A stretch of 64,000 bases of DNA, from contig CAUWGC010000003.1 of NCBI GenBank assembly GCA_963558405.1, positions 1 through 64,000 on the forward strand, written 5' to 3'. A program made the position numbers and the translations under genes. Shown here one piece after another: positions 44,444-55,188 of this stretch; within the stretch, counting starts at the first letter, position 1, and each line of letters begins with the position of its first letter. Origin of the DNA: an uncultured Clostridia bacterium (GTDB lineage Bacteria > Bacillota > Clostridia > TANB77 > CAG-508). Under the pieces are notes generated by a model, which ran no database searches, was not told the DNA's origin, and was given only the letters and a program-made list of their open reading frames with translations.

Positions 44444-44924
44444 TTATTTATGATAAATTTCGTTATTAGCTATCTTAAAAGCACGATAAATTTGTTCTAA
44501 CAATATAACACGCATTAATTGGTGAGGAAAAGTCATTTTAGAAAAACAAATTGATTCGTTTGATTTTAAAATGACATCATTTGATAATCCCAAACTTCCA
44601 CCTATTATAAATGTTATATGACTATTATATAAAGAAATATCCTCTATTTTTTTAGAAAATTCTTCTGATGAATATGATTTTCCTTTTAAATCTAAGGCAA
44701 TAACATAACTATCTTTTTTAATTTGTTTTATAATAGAAAAACCTTCTTTTTCTTTTATTTCTTGTTCTAATTTAAAGTTTGGTTTATCTGGATTTTTTTC
44801 ATCTGGAACTTCTATTATGGTAATTTTAGCATATTTAGAAAGACGTTTAGTGTATTCTAAAATGGAATCTTTCCAATAACTTTCTTTTAATTTACCGTAC
44901 ACATATAATATCAATAGAAATCAT
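44444..44924 (-). CDS. rlmH: 23S rRNA pseudouridine-1915 methyltransferase (159 aa), interrupted by +1 frameshift at CGG 44897-44895
   Basis: AGGAG RBS + ATG 44924 gives MISIDIICV-CGG-TAA; skipping the C restores CVGKLKESYW; FIIGGSLGL, TFPHQLMR, EQIYRA, YHK. Confidence 0.92.
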
Positions 44925-44952
44925 AAAAATCTCCTAAAAATTATATTTTTAA

Positions 44953-45744
44953 TTATGTGATATCAACAATTTTACTAGGGTTAAACCTACTTGCAACACT
45001 TAAAGAAAAAGAGTTTTCATCGTAATTATTATTAATTAATTCTTGAGTTACTGTTTGATATGCAAGTTCAGGGAAATTATTTTCTTTACTTAAATGACCA
45101 AGCATTACTTCTTTTAATCCATATTTTAATAAATAAGATATTGTTTTTCCAGCCATAATATTAGATAGATGTCCATTAGGACCAGCTATTCTTTCTTTTA
45201 ATAAATAAGGATAAGAACAAAGTTTTAAAATTTGAGGATCATAATTAGATTCTAATAGTAAAAAAGAACTATTTTCTAATTTTGAAATAATATCTTTTGT
45301 CATATGTCCCAAATCAGTTGCAATACTAAGTTTAGAAGAATTATTAAAAATATTAAAACCACAAGGATTAGCAGCATCATGAGGAATAGAAAAAGGTAAT
45401 ATTTCTAAATCTCCAATATTAAATTTTTCAGAAACATTAAAGTGTTTTTGATTTTTTTCTTCAATTTTATCTTTTTGCTTTGGCATAGCATCCCATGTTT
45501 CGTTATTTGCAAAAACGGGAATATTATATTTTTTTGATATTGTTCCTAAACTTTTTACATGATCAGAATGTTCATGAGTTACCAAAATTCCATCTAAATC
45601 TGAAATATTAACAGAAATAGAAGAAAGTGCATTTTCTATTTTTTTTGCACTCTCTCCAGCATCAATCAAAATTTTAGAACAATCACTTTGTACATATAAA
45701 CTATTTCCAGTACTTCCACTATATAAACTACAAAACTTTAGCAT
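44953..45744 (-). CDS. YycJ/WalJ-like metallo-beta-lactamase fold exonuclease
   Basis: SGSTGN, THEHSDH, HDAANP, ESNYD, GHLSN, HLSKENN; precedes rlmH. Confidence 0.9.
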   Translation of the reverse strand: MLKFCSLYSGSTGNSLYVQSDCSKILIDAGESAKKIENALSSISVNISDLDGILVTHEHSDHVKSLGTISKKYNIPVFANNETWDAMPKQKDKIEEKNQKHFNVSEKFNIGDLEILPFSIPHDAANPCGFNIFNNSSKLSIATDLGHMTKDIISKLENSSFLLLESNYDPQILKLCSYPYLLKERIAGPNGHLSNIMAGKTISYLLKYGLKEVMLGHLSKENNFPELAYQTVTQELINNNYDENSFSLSVASRFNPSKIVDIT

Positions 45745-45785
45745 TTTTTCATCCTCTGATATTAAATTCTTCTGTATAATAAATT

Positions 45786-47045
45786 TTATTCGGTTACACG
45801 GTCAATTTTGGCACCTAATAATCTAAATTTTTCTTCAATATTTTCATAACCACGGTCTATGTGATCTAAGTTATATACTTCTGTTGTTCCATTAGCAATT
45901 ATACCTGCAATAATTAAAGCTGCACCAGCACGTAAATCTGTTGCAAAAACAGGAGAACCTGATAAAGACTTTACACCTTCAAAAAAGGCTGTTTTTCCTT
46001 GGGCAGTAATTTTAGCTCCCATTTTAATTAATTCATAAGTATATTGAAAACGTGATTCCCATATGCTTTCATTAATTGTACTAGTACCTTCTGCAATAGA
46101 TAAAGCAACACCTATTTGAGGTTGTAAATCTGTTGGAAAACCAGGATAAGGTAAAGTTTTTACAGTAACCTTATTAGGACGTTTTGTACACCATACACGA
46201 ATGTTATCACCATCTTCTTCAACATTTGCTCCCATTTCTAAAACTTTAGCAGTAACAGATTCTAAGTGTTTTGTTATACAATTATGAATTGTAATATCAC
46301 CTCTAGAAGCTACTGCTGCAAGCATAAAAGTTCCTGCTTCTATTTGATCTGGAACTACACTATAAGTAGCATTACCAGATAATTTAGAAACACCATGGAT
46401 TTTAATCATATCTGTTCCAGCACCTCTAATATCAGCTCCCATAGTATTTAAAAAGTTAGCAACATCAACTATATGAGGTTCTTTTGCTGCATTATCAATA
46501 GTAGTTGTTCCTTCAGCTAATACACTAGCAAGCATTACATTAATAGTAGCTCCGACAGAAACAATGTCCATATAAATAGAAGTTCCTGTTAATTTTTTTG
46601 CAGATGCTGTAATTTTACCTTGTCCAACATCTACCTTAGCACCAAGTGCTTCAAATCCTTTTATATGTTGGTCTATTGGTCTTGCTCCTAAATTACATCC
46701 ACCAGGAAGACCAACTATAGCTTCTTTACATCTTCCTAGTAAAGAACCAATTAAGTAATAAGATGCTCTAAATTTGCTAGTTATATCTAAAGGAGCTTGT
46801 GCATGGCAAATGTTTCTTGTATCAACTGTAATTTCATGTTTATTATTCCAAGTAATTTTTGCACCTAAACTTTCTAGAATTTCACAATATAGTCTTACAT
46901 CACTAATGTCAGGTAAGTTTTCTATTGTACATATTCCATCAATTAATAGTGTTGCAGGAAGAATAGCAACAGCAGCATTTTTTGCTCCACTTATTACAAC
47001 ATCTCCTTTTAATTTTGTTCCACCATTTATTACTAATTTATCCAA
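45786..47045 (-). CDS. murA: UDP-N-acetylglucosamine 1-carboxyvinyltransferase
   Basis: ISGAKNAA, PGGCNLGARPIDQH, PGFPTDLQ, DLRAGA; likely TTG start at 47045. Confidence 0.95.
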   Translation of the reverse strand: MDKLVINGGTKLKGDVVISGAKNAAVAILPATLLIDGICTIENLPDISDVRLYCEILESLGAKITWNNKHEITVDTRNICHAQAPLDITSKFRASYYLIGSLLGRCKEAIVGLPGGCNLGARPIDQHIKGFEALGAKVDVGQGKITASAKKLTGTSIYMDIVSVGATINVMLASVLAEGTTTIDNAAKEPHIVDVANFLNTMGADIRGAGTDMIKIHGVSKLSGNATYSVVPDQIEAGTFMLAAVASRGDITIHNCITKHLESVTAKVLEMGANVEEDGDNIRVWCTKRPNKVTVKTLPYPGFPTDLQPQIGVALSIAEGTSTINESIWESRFQYTYELIKMGAKITAQGKTAFFEGVKSLSGSPVFATDLRAGAALIIAGIIANGTTEVYNLDHIDRGYENIEEKFRLLGAKIDRVTE

Positions 47046-47226
47046 AATTGTTACCCCCAAAATAATTTTTTTGATAAAAAATAGAATGTATATACATTCT
47101 ATCTCAAAATATATCATAAAAAGGTATAATTTACAACAGTTTTTTTAAATATCAATTAACTATGTAAATAATTAGATACTTAATTCTTCATTATTAAATA
47201 TCTAATTATTTATATAAATTAAAATA

Positions 47227-47892
47227 TTATTGCTTAGCTGTAAAAATATTATTGTTTTGGAAAAATTCAATTAAACGAAATTTAAACTTTATTTCATTAT
47301 TCTCAGTATCTGAAATTAAGTTGTATTCTTCAGTTGATAAATTTTCTTTAATAATTTCTTTAGATTCATCCGGAACAATACCAGATGTTACATCTACAAA
47401 ACATAAAGGAGGAAACATTACACACCACCAATTTTGACCAAGTGAATCTCCAATTTCTACTCGCATAGCATCATAGTTTCCAGAAGGAAGGGATATATCA
47501 CCATATTGTTTTGTAGGAAATGGAAAATTACCTATTCTAATATTTACATCATAAGAAAAACCATTTTGTGATATTACGTCTTTGGCAATTTTATAAAAAT
47601 CTTCTTCATGTTCTTTGGCAATAGATATTACTTCTTCTTTAGAAGTAACATTTTTAGAAATTGTATTCATATATTCTATAAGTGCATCTCTTACTTTATA
47701 TTTTAAATTTTGATCTTCTTTAGAATCACTGTTTGCAAGTACATGTAATCTAAAAACACTATCTTCTATATTAGAAGATACAGCATTAACATAAGAATAA
47801 GCAGATATAAAAACATATAATGTAAGTAAAAACAGTAATATAAAAGATGCTTTTATATATTTAATTTTTATTATTTTTTTTAAAATATTCAT
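47227..47892 (-). CDS. spoIIR: Stage II sporulation protein R
   Basis: RLHVLANSDS..DQ.LK..VRD, FPTK.YG, G.NWWCVMFPPLC. Confidence 0.95.
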   Translation of the reverse strand: MNILKKIIKIKYIKASFILLFLLTLYVFISAYSYVNAVSSNIEDSVFRLHVLANSDSKEDQNLKYKVRDALIEYMNTISKNVTSKEEVISIAKEHEEDFYKIAKDVISQNGFSYDVNIRIGNFPFPTKQYGDISLPSGNYDAMRVEIGDSLGQNWWCVMFPPLCFVDVTSGIVPDESKEIIKENLSTEEYNLISDTENNEIKFKFRLIEFFQNNNIFTAKQ

Positions 47893-48321
47893 AACTTACC
47901 TCCTAAAGAAATTTTACGTTTTTAAATATGTAAAATTTTTAACTAAATTGTAAATAAATTTCTGTAATAAAAGTATTAACCAAATAAAAAAATATATACA
48001 TTATATCTTAAAAAAAACTAAATATTACAAAAATGACTTTATTTGTTATGTATAAAAATGAAATATAATGTAGAAAAATATAAATTTTAATAAAAAAACA
48101 AAATTTTATGAAAAAATTATTACAAAAATATTTAAAACATAAAACAACAAAAAAATACTATAAAAAAACATAAATACCAGTATTTTACAGTATAAAACTT
48201 TTGTAAGTATTGCAAAATGTCGAAAAGTTTTAATAAAAAAATATTAAATTTTGTTGACATTTATATTACACGATGGTAAAATCTTCCATGTAAACAAAAG
48301 AAAGTTTAGGGGGATAAAAAA

Positions 48322-48876
48322 ATGAGTAATCAGGAAACATTTGAAAAGATTTGTAGTTTTTATGTAAGTGACTGGCATATGGTAACAATGCTATTACCTT
48401 ATATTAGTAAACAAATCGAAAACAATATAAATGTAGAAACGATGCTCCAAAAAGATGTAGATAAAAATGTAACAGAATTAATATCAAGATTAAACATACA
48501 TAACGAAAAAGAAATAACAAAAATAAATTGGAAACAAAATGAAATAATAAAATATAAAGAAACAGAAAAATATTTAGATAAAGCTATAAGTAAATCTAAA
48601 GAAATTATTATTTTGGTAAATGGAACTAACGAATATATAAACACAGTAAATACAAATATTTATAATTATATACATAAAAATATTCGTAAATTAACATCAA
48701 AAGGTAACAAAATAAAAATTATAAACTGCTACGAGGTAATGCAATTTAATTATAATATTAATACAATTTTAGATTCACATGATAAAGTATTAAACACTTC
48801 AGGAGAAAAAGAGATAGAAGAAGTTTTTGAAGGATATCAAAGAAAATATACAGAACAAATAGAAAATGTAAATTAA
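48322..48876 (+). CDS. Hypothetical protein
   Basis: 184-aa ORF with RBS; promoter TTGACA-17-TAAAAT (48254-48282) and TGTCGAA at 48218-48224. Confidence 0.7.
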   Translation: MSNQETFEKICSFYVSDWHMVTMLLPYISKQIENNINVETMLQKDVDKNVTELISRLNIHNEKEITKINWKQNEIIKYKETEKYLDKAISKSKEIIILVNGTNEYINTVNTNIYNYIHKNIRKLTSKGNKIKIINCYEVMQFNYNINTILDSHDKVLNTSGEKEIEEVFEGYQRKYTEQIENVN

Positions 48877-49007
48877 AGTACGCTACAACTTGACATAATA
48901 TGTAAATAAAGATATAATTAAAGAACACGTTGTAATACTATTAATACAATAAGTGTTTTATTGTACTAATATACCCATTATTAAACAGTTAAACAAAGGA
49001 GGATATT

Positions 49008-49349
49008 ATGCATATTATATTAGCATTATTAAACGGTCTGTACTTTGTGGCAATCCCATTGGGATTAGCCATTGCAATAGCAATTAATTGGTATTACATT
49101 TGTAATGGTGTACAAACAATACGGAACAAAATATTAAACCTTGCAATAGTTCTTATTTTAGTACTTGCAGATGGTTTATATATTGCAGATATGTGGGGAG
49201 ATATTCTTCAACAACAATTAATAAAAGATGTAGATAAAACTACATTAAACTTAATTGGTGTAGCAATTGTTCTGGTTATTGAATTTGCAATATTTTGTAC
49301 AATTAAGGTGTATAAGCAAATTAACAAAAGTAAAAATAGAGAGAGTTAA
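49008..49349 (+). CDS. Hypothetical 3-TM membrane protein
   Basis: AGGAGG RBS, perfect TTGACA-17-TATAAT promoter (48890-48918), terminator near 49390-49430. Confidence 0.7.
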   Translation: MHIILALLNGLYFVAIPLGLAIAIAINWYYICNGVQTIRNKILNLAIVLILVLADGLYIADMWGDILQQQLIKDVDKTTLNLIGVAIVLVIEFAIFCTIKVYKQINKSKNRES

Positions 49350-49591
49350 AAAGCATAACTAAAAAATAACTGTTTAATAAATGGGGAAAAAAAGGAATAA
49401 AATCTGTAATTAACGGATTTTATTCCTTTTAAAATTGCCTTTTATAATAAAAAAGATGATAAAAATCTAAAGTGTTAGTATAAAAATATAAAATAAAAAC
49501 AGTGATTGACTAAACCATTTTTTTGATATAAGATATACTAACAAATAATACTTTTATTGGGATATAAAATAATTTTAGGAGGAAGGATAAA

Positions 49592-50839
49592 ATGGATGAA
49601 AAATATAAGTTAGCAGTAGAAAAGCTAAAGGAATTTCATCAAGAACAAGTATTGTCAAAATACAATACAATGTCTAATGAGGACAAAGAAAAATTATTAG
49701 AACAAATTTTAAAAATTGACTGGAATCAAATGTCAAACCTTTATGAAATGGCTAAAAAAGATGTTCCAGTAGAAGAAGCAAAAGTTGAGCCAATTTCTTA
49801 TGTGGATAAAGAAAAATTAACAAAAGAAGAAAAAGAAGAATATTTAAAAATAGGTATAGAAGAAATAAAAAAAGGAAAATTAGCTGTTGTTACAATGGCT
49901 GGTGGACAAGGAACAAGACTTGGTCATAAAGGTCCAAAAGGTACTTATGATTTAGGACTTGCTTCTCACAAATCTATTTTTGAAATTTTATGTGATACAT
50001 TAAAAAAGGCAAAAGAAGATTATGGTGTAGTAATTCCATGGTATTTAATGACAAGTAAAGAAAATAATACTGATACAATAAACTTTTTTGAAAAAAACAA
50101 CTATTTTGGATATCCAAAAGAAAGTGTACATTTCTTTATGCAAGGTGAACTTCCAATGATTTTAGAAAATGGAAATATTGTTCAAAAAGAAGATGGAACA
50201 ATTAAAGAAGCAGCAGATGGACATGGTGGAGTTTTTGAATCTATGACACGTAATGGTGTTGTAAAAGAAATGAAAAATAATAATATAGAATGGGTATTTA
50301 TTGGTGGAGTAGATAATGTATTGGTAAAAATGGTTGATCCAATATTAATAGGTCTAGCAACAAAGCAAAAATCATTAGCTGCAGGTAAAAGTGTTGTAAA
50401 AGCAAATCCAAGCGAAAGAGTTGGAGTATTTTGCAAAAAAAACGGTAAACCAAGTGTTATAGAATATACAGAAATTTCAAAAGAAATGGCAGAAGCCATA
50501 GATAAAAATGGAGAGCTTTTATATGGTGAATCACATATACTATGTAACATGTTTAATATTAAAATATTAGAAGAATTAGGAAAAAATAAACTACCTTATC
50601 ATAAAGCTTATAAAAAATCTGATTATTTGGATGAAAAAGGAAACTTTATAGTTGCTGAAAAACCAAATGCATATAAATTTGAAACATTTTTATTTGATGC
50701 TTTTTCAAAAATAGATAATATGTCTATTTTAAGAGTAAAAAGGGAAGAAGAATTTGCTCCTGTTAAAAATGCAGAAGGAACAGATAGCCCAGAAACTGCA
50801 AGAGCACTTTATAAAGCTTTTTATGGAATAAAAGAATAA
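49592..50839 (+). CDS. UDP-N-acetylglucosamine pyrophosphorylase, UDPGP type 1 (UAP/AGX-like)
   Basis: MAGGQGTRLG..GPKG, DGHGG, VDN, VIEYTE, KFETFLFD, EFAPVKN. Confidence 0.88.
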   Translation: MDEKYKLAVEKLKEFHQEQVLSKYNTMSNEDKEKLLEQILKIDWNQMSNLYEMAKKDVPVEEAKVEPISYVDKEKLTKEEKEEYLKIGIEEIKKGKLAVVTMAGGQGTRLGHKGPKGTYDLGLASHKSIFEILCDTLKKAKEDYGVVIPWYLMTSKENNTDTINFFEKNNYFGYPKESVHFFMQGELPMILENGNIVQKEDGTIKEAADGHGGVFESMTRNGVVKEMKNNNIEWVFIGGVDNVLVKMVDPILIGLATKQKSLAAGKSVVKANPSERVGVFCKKNGKPSVIEYTEISKEMAEAIDKNGELLYGESHILCNMFNIKILEELGKNKLPYHKAYKKSDYLDEKGNFIVAEKPNAYKFETFLFDAFSKIDNMSILRVKREEEFAPVKNAEGTDSPETARALYKAFYGIKE

Positions 50840-50851
50840 GGAGATAAAAAA

Positions 50852-52570
50852 ATGGGATATAAAGAAGAATACATTAAATGGTGTGAAGATTCTTTGTTTG
50901 ATGAAGAGACTAAAGAAGAACTAAAAAACATAAAAAACGAAGAAGAAATAAAAGATAGATTTTATAAATCATTAGAGTTTGGTACTGCTGGACTAAGAGG
51001 TGTTATAGGAGCAGGAACTAATAGAATGAATAAATACACTGTAGGAAAAGCAACACAAGGATTAGCTAATTTTATAAAAAAGGAAAAAGCAGAAGGAAGA
51101 GGTGTTGCAATAGCTTATGATTCTAGACATATGTCAAAAGAATTTAGCGAGGTAACAGCATTATGCTTAAATGCAAATGGAATTAAAACATATGTATTTG
51201 AATCTTTAAGACCTGTTCCAGAATTATCTTTTGCAGTAAGAAAATTAAATGCAATAGCAGGAATTGTTATTACAGCAAGCCATAATCCACCAGAATATAA
51301 TGGATATAAAGTATACTGGGAAGATGGAGCGCAAATAGTTAGTCCAAAAGATAAACAAATTATTGATGAAGTAAATGCTGTAGAAGATTATAAAGATATA
51401 AAAACAATTTCAAAAGAAGAAGCAACAAAAAAAGAATTATATAATGTAATTGGAAAAGAAATTGATGATGCATATATGGATGAATTAAAAAAATTAGTTT
51501 TAAATCCAGATGCAATAAATAGTCAAAAAGATATTAAAATTGTATATACTCCACTTCATGGAACTGGTAGAATGCCAGTACAAAGAATTTTAAAAGAACT
51601 AGGTTTTACAAATGTTTCTATAGTAAAAGAACAAGAAGAACCTAATGGTGATTTTCCAACTGTAAAATTACCAAATCCAGAAGATAAAGCTGCTTTTGCT
51701 ATGGCACTAGACCTTGCTAAAAAAGAAAATGCAGATATTGTTTTAGCAACAGATCCAGATGCAGATAGATTAGGTGTTTATGCAAAAGACAGTAAAACAG
51801 GAGAATATATGTCTTTTACAGGTAATATGTCTGGTCTATTAATTGCAGAATATATTTTATCTCAAAAGAAAGAAAAAGGAATTTTACCTAAAAATGCTGT
51901 TTTAATAAAAACTATAGTTTCTTCTAACTTAGCTGATGCTATTGTAAAAGAATATGGAATTAATTTAATTGAAGTATTAACAGGATTTAAATATATTGGT
52001 GAACAAATTAAATTACTAGAACAAAGCCATAAATATACATATCAATTTGGGTATGAGGAAAGTTATGGATGTTTAATTGGAACATATGCAAGAGATAAAG
52101 ATGCTATATCAGCAGTAGCAATGCTTTGCGAAGCAGCAGCATATTACAAAGAAAAAGGATTAACATTATGGGATCAAATGATTAATATTTACGAAAAATA
52201 TGGATATTATAAAGAAGGTTTATTTTCGATTACTTTAAAAGGTGCAGATGGTGCAGAGAAAATAAAACAGATGATGGAAAAATTAAGAACAAGTAAAATA
52301 GAACATTTAGGAGAAAATAAAGTAATAAGCAAAAAAGACTATCAAACACAAGAAGGAATTATTTATAGTACAGAGGAAAAAATAAAGCTAAAACTCCCAA
52401 AATCAAATGTATTATATTATGACTTAGAGAATAATGGATGGGTAGCTGTAAGACCTTCTGGAACAGAACCAAAAATAAAATTTTACACAGGTGTAAAAGG
52501 AAATTCTTTGGAAGATGCAGAAGAAAAATTAAATAAACTTACAGATGCAATAAAAAAATTAGTAGAATAA
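50852..52570 (+). CDS. Phosphoglucomutase/phosphomannomutase
   Basis: FGTAGLRG, ITASHNP, DPDADR, YEESYG, RPSGTEPKIK. Confidence 0.93.
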   Translation: MGYKEEYIKWCEDSLFDEETKEELKNIKNEEEIKDRFYKSLEFGTAGLRGVIGAGTNRMNKYTVGKATQGLANFIKKEKAEGRGVAIAYDSRHMSKEFSEVTALCLNANGIKTYVFESLRPVPELSFAVRKLNAIAGIVITASHNPPEYNGYKVYWEDGAQIVSPKDKQIIDEVNAVEDYKDIKTISKEEATKKELYNVIGKEIDDAYMDELKKLVLNPDAINSQKDIKIVYTPLHGTGRMPVQRILKELGFTNVSIVKEQEEPNGDFPTVKLPNPEDKAAFAMALDLAKKENADIVLATDPDADRLGVYAKDSKTGEYMSFTGNMSGLLIAEYILSQKKEKGILPKNAVLIKTIVSSNLADAIVKEYGINLIEVLTGFKYIGEQIKLLEQSHKYTYQFGYEESYGCLIGTYARDKDAISAVAMLCEAAAYYKEKGLTLWDQMINIYEKYGYYKEGLFSITLKGADGAEKIKQMMEKLRTSKIEHLGENKVISKKDYQTQEGIIYSTEEKIKLKLPKSNVLYYDLENNGWVAVRPSGTEPKIKFYTGVKGNSLEDAEEKLNKLTDAIKKLVE

Positions 52571-52635
52571 TATAAAAGATACCATGTATAATATTTATAT
52601 TCATGGTATCTTTTTTGATATATAATAAATTAAAG

Positions 52636-52988
52636 CTATTTTTTTGAAAGACGTTTAATAATAGCAAGAGCTAATTTTTGGTCTTCTAGTGAAAGCTTAT
52701 CTACTTCTTCAAAAATAATTTCACTTAATCCGTTTGAATTATCTGAAAAAAAATCTGCTAATAAAAGCGTATGTGTTATAGATATTGCTTTACATATATC
52801 TATAATAGTAGAAACCTAGCGTTATAAGCTCCATTTTCTAATTTTGATAAATATTCTATTGTTAAATTAGTTTTTTCAGCAATAGATTCTTGAGTAAGTC
52901 CAGCCACTTTTCTATATTTTTTTAAATTTTTACCTACTACTTTATTAATCATTTTAATTTTTGCTGGTTCTTTCTTCTTTCTGCGCAT
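52636..52988 (-). pseudogene. XRE-family HTH regulator split by a -1 frameshift near 52815
   Basis: Frame 1 MRRKK...LTQESIAEKTNLTIEYLSKLENGAYNA; the -1 frame continues VSTIIDICKAISITHTLLLADF...LSLEDQKLALAIIKRLSKK, completing a typical XRE protein. Confidence 0.65.
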
Positions 52989-53217
52989 ATTACGACCTCC
53001 TAACAAAATACTACATATAAGTATAACAGTGTTAAATAAGAATTATAATGAACTAAAAGCCAGTGAAGTAAAATTGATAAATATAGTATTTCCAATATAT
53101 TTAAGGATATTCGCAGAAAAAATATTAAACAAAAGAACAAATTTTGGATAAAAAATGAAATAGTCAAAAAAACAAAAAATGCATAAAAAAAGAACAAATA
53201 ATTTTTGTTCTCTTTTA

Positions 53218-53949
53218 TTATTTATTTTTTTCCCAACCTTTTATATTACTTCTTTTTATAGCACCGTATAAATTTGCTCTAATAGTAGGAATTTTTAAGC
53301 TAAAATCTTTTAATAATTCTTTCATATCTTCTCTTTTAGATATTCCATCCATAGGACAAGTTTTGGGCATTACTTCAATTTGATTTTTACGGATACATTT
53401 TTTTATTTCTTTTTCTGGTGCATATATAAGTGGTCTAATAAGTGTAATTTTAGAACGATCCATATAGCTTACAGGAGCAAAAGTAGAAATACTACCAGTA
53501 TAAAGTAAATTTAATAAAAAAGTTTCTAAAACATCATCTTCATTATGTCCAAGTGCTATTTTATTGCATCCAAGTTCAATAGCTGTACTATTTAAAATGC
53601 CTCTTCTTAGATTAGCACATAAAGAACAAGGATTTTTTTCTTTTCTAATATCAAAAACAATTTCTTTAATATGACTTTCTTTTTCTACATATTCTACACC
53701 AATTTTTTCACAAGTATTTTTTAAAAAAGTACTATCAAAAAAAGGAAAGCCAGGGTTTACGCTAACTGCAACTATAGAAAAAGAATTTGGATAAAAACGT
53801 TGTAATTCCTTTAGTCCCATAAGCATTGTGATTGAGTCTTTGCCACCAGATAAACCAACAGCAATTTTGTCTCCTTCTTCAATCATATTATAATCATCAA
53901 TTGCTTTTCTCATATAACTTAAAATTTTTTGTATTTGCATATGTAACAC
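53218..53949 (-). CDS. TtcA-family PP-loop tRNA thiolation protein
   Basis: SGGKDS, CSLCANLRRG, GHNEDD, IRPL, CP. Confidence 0.88.
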   Translation of the reverse strand: MLHMQIQKILSYMRKAIDDYNMIEEGDKIAVGLSGGKDSITMLMGLKELQRFYPNSFSIVAVSVNPGFPFFDSTFLKNTCEKIGVEYVEKESHIKEIVFDIRKEKNPCSLCANLRRGILNSTAIELGCNKIALGHNEDDVLETFLLNLLYTGSISTFAPVSYMDRSKITLIRPLIYAPEKEIKKCIRKNQIEVMPKTCPMDGISKREDMKELLKDFSLKIPTIRANLYGAIKRSNIKGWEKNK

Positions 53950-54238
53950 CTCTTTTGATTTTTATATTATACAGGCAAATGATAAAAATAGCAAGATATG
54001 TAAAGTATAAGAAGTTTTTGGAAATTGTATAGGTTAGAGGTGGGCAGATAAGTAAGATAAATTTTCAAAAAATATATAAAAATTTATCTTACTTATCGGG
54101 TTTTAAATTATAGTAAAAAAATAGAAGTTGAGACATTGGCATATTTTACCATATAAATTTTATATGATATTGCAAAATTTTACAATAAATGATATAATAA
54201 AAATAACTTTAAAATCAAATGAGAAGGGTGTGATTTAT

Positions 54239-54850
54239 ATGAAAAATAAATTAATTAAATGTTTAATTATTATATTTATTATTATTATAATTATATTTCT
54301 AGCAAATTTAATAAGAAAAATATATTTAATTGAGAAATATGATGATGAGAATGATAAATATCAAGCAAGTACAAATTTCTATCAAAGATATACTGAAGAG
54401 GATAGGATAACCGAGATATGGAGAAAAGGTGATGTTGCTTTGTTAAAAATGAAAGGAAAAGATGTAGAGAATATTTTATATTGGAGTAATGAACAATCTT
54501 GGATAATTTCTAATTCTTTAAATGGAGTAACAAAAACAGCAGTAAAATATGATGAGATGGCAATACAAATTCCCACAATATCAAATTCATATTTTAACAC
54601 AGAAGGTTTAATGGATTCAATTAAATTGGCCTTCAAATCAAAAATAACAACTGAAAATATAGAAAATGAAGAATGTTATAAATTTACATTAGATGATACT
54701 GAAGAATATGTAAATGTTTCTAATTTTAAGTTATTAAAAATTAAGGACGGTAATATGGTACGTGATAAAATTTATTATGAACTAGATACTGTAGAAGATA
54801 GTGAAATTGAATTTCCAAATTTAGAAGGATATAAGATTATAGATAAGTAA
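54239..54850 (+). CDS. Hypothetical membrane-anchored/secreted protein
   Basis: ATG 54239 after GAAGGGTG; N-terminal basic + hydrophobic segment. Confidence 0.65.
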   Translation: MKNKLIKCLIIIFIIIIIIFLANLIRKIYLIEKYDDENDKYQASTNFYQRYTEEDRITEIWRKGDVALLKMKGKDVENILYWSNEQSWIISNSLNGVTKTAVKYDEMAIQIPTISNSYFNTEGLMDSIKLAFKSKITTENIENEECYKFTLDDTEEYVNVSNFKLLKIKDGNMVRDKIYYELDTVEDSEIEFPNLEGYKIIDK

Positions 54851-55188
54851 TAAAAAATGTAAAAGAAAACTTTTAAAAATTAAACTAAAAGTTTTCTTTT
54901 TATTGTGATATATTGATAAATTTATAAATTGAAAAAAAGTTAAATGCAATGATAAGCAACATCACTGGAAAACCGTTTGACAAAAATATAAAATAATGTT
55001 ATTCTAATAATAGTTTAAGCATAAAGTCTGACAGACTAGATAGCACAGGTATGTGTGTAGGGACACATATCTTTTTATGCTCTAAAAAATCCTTATACTA
55101 TACATACATGTTAAGAACATCATTATAGGAATATCATTATAAAAAATATTATTTGACAAATAATATAAATATAGAGTATAATAAGTAT

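Noticed and set aside
44227-44444. SCC-like element integrated at the 3' end of rlmH
   Set aside because: No recombinase or duplicated att sequence; spmB follows within ~400 bp
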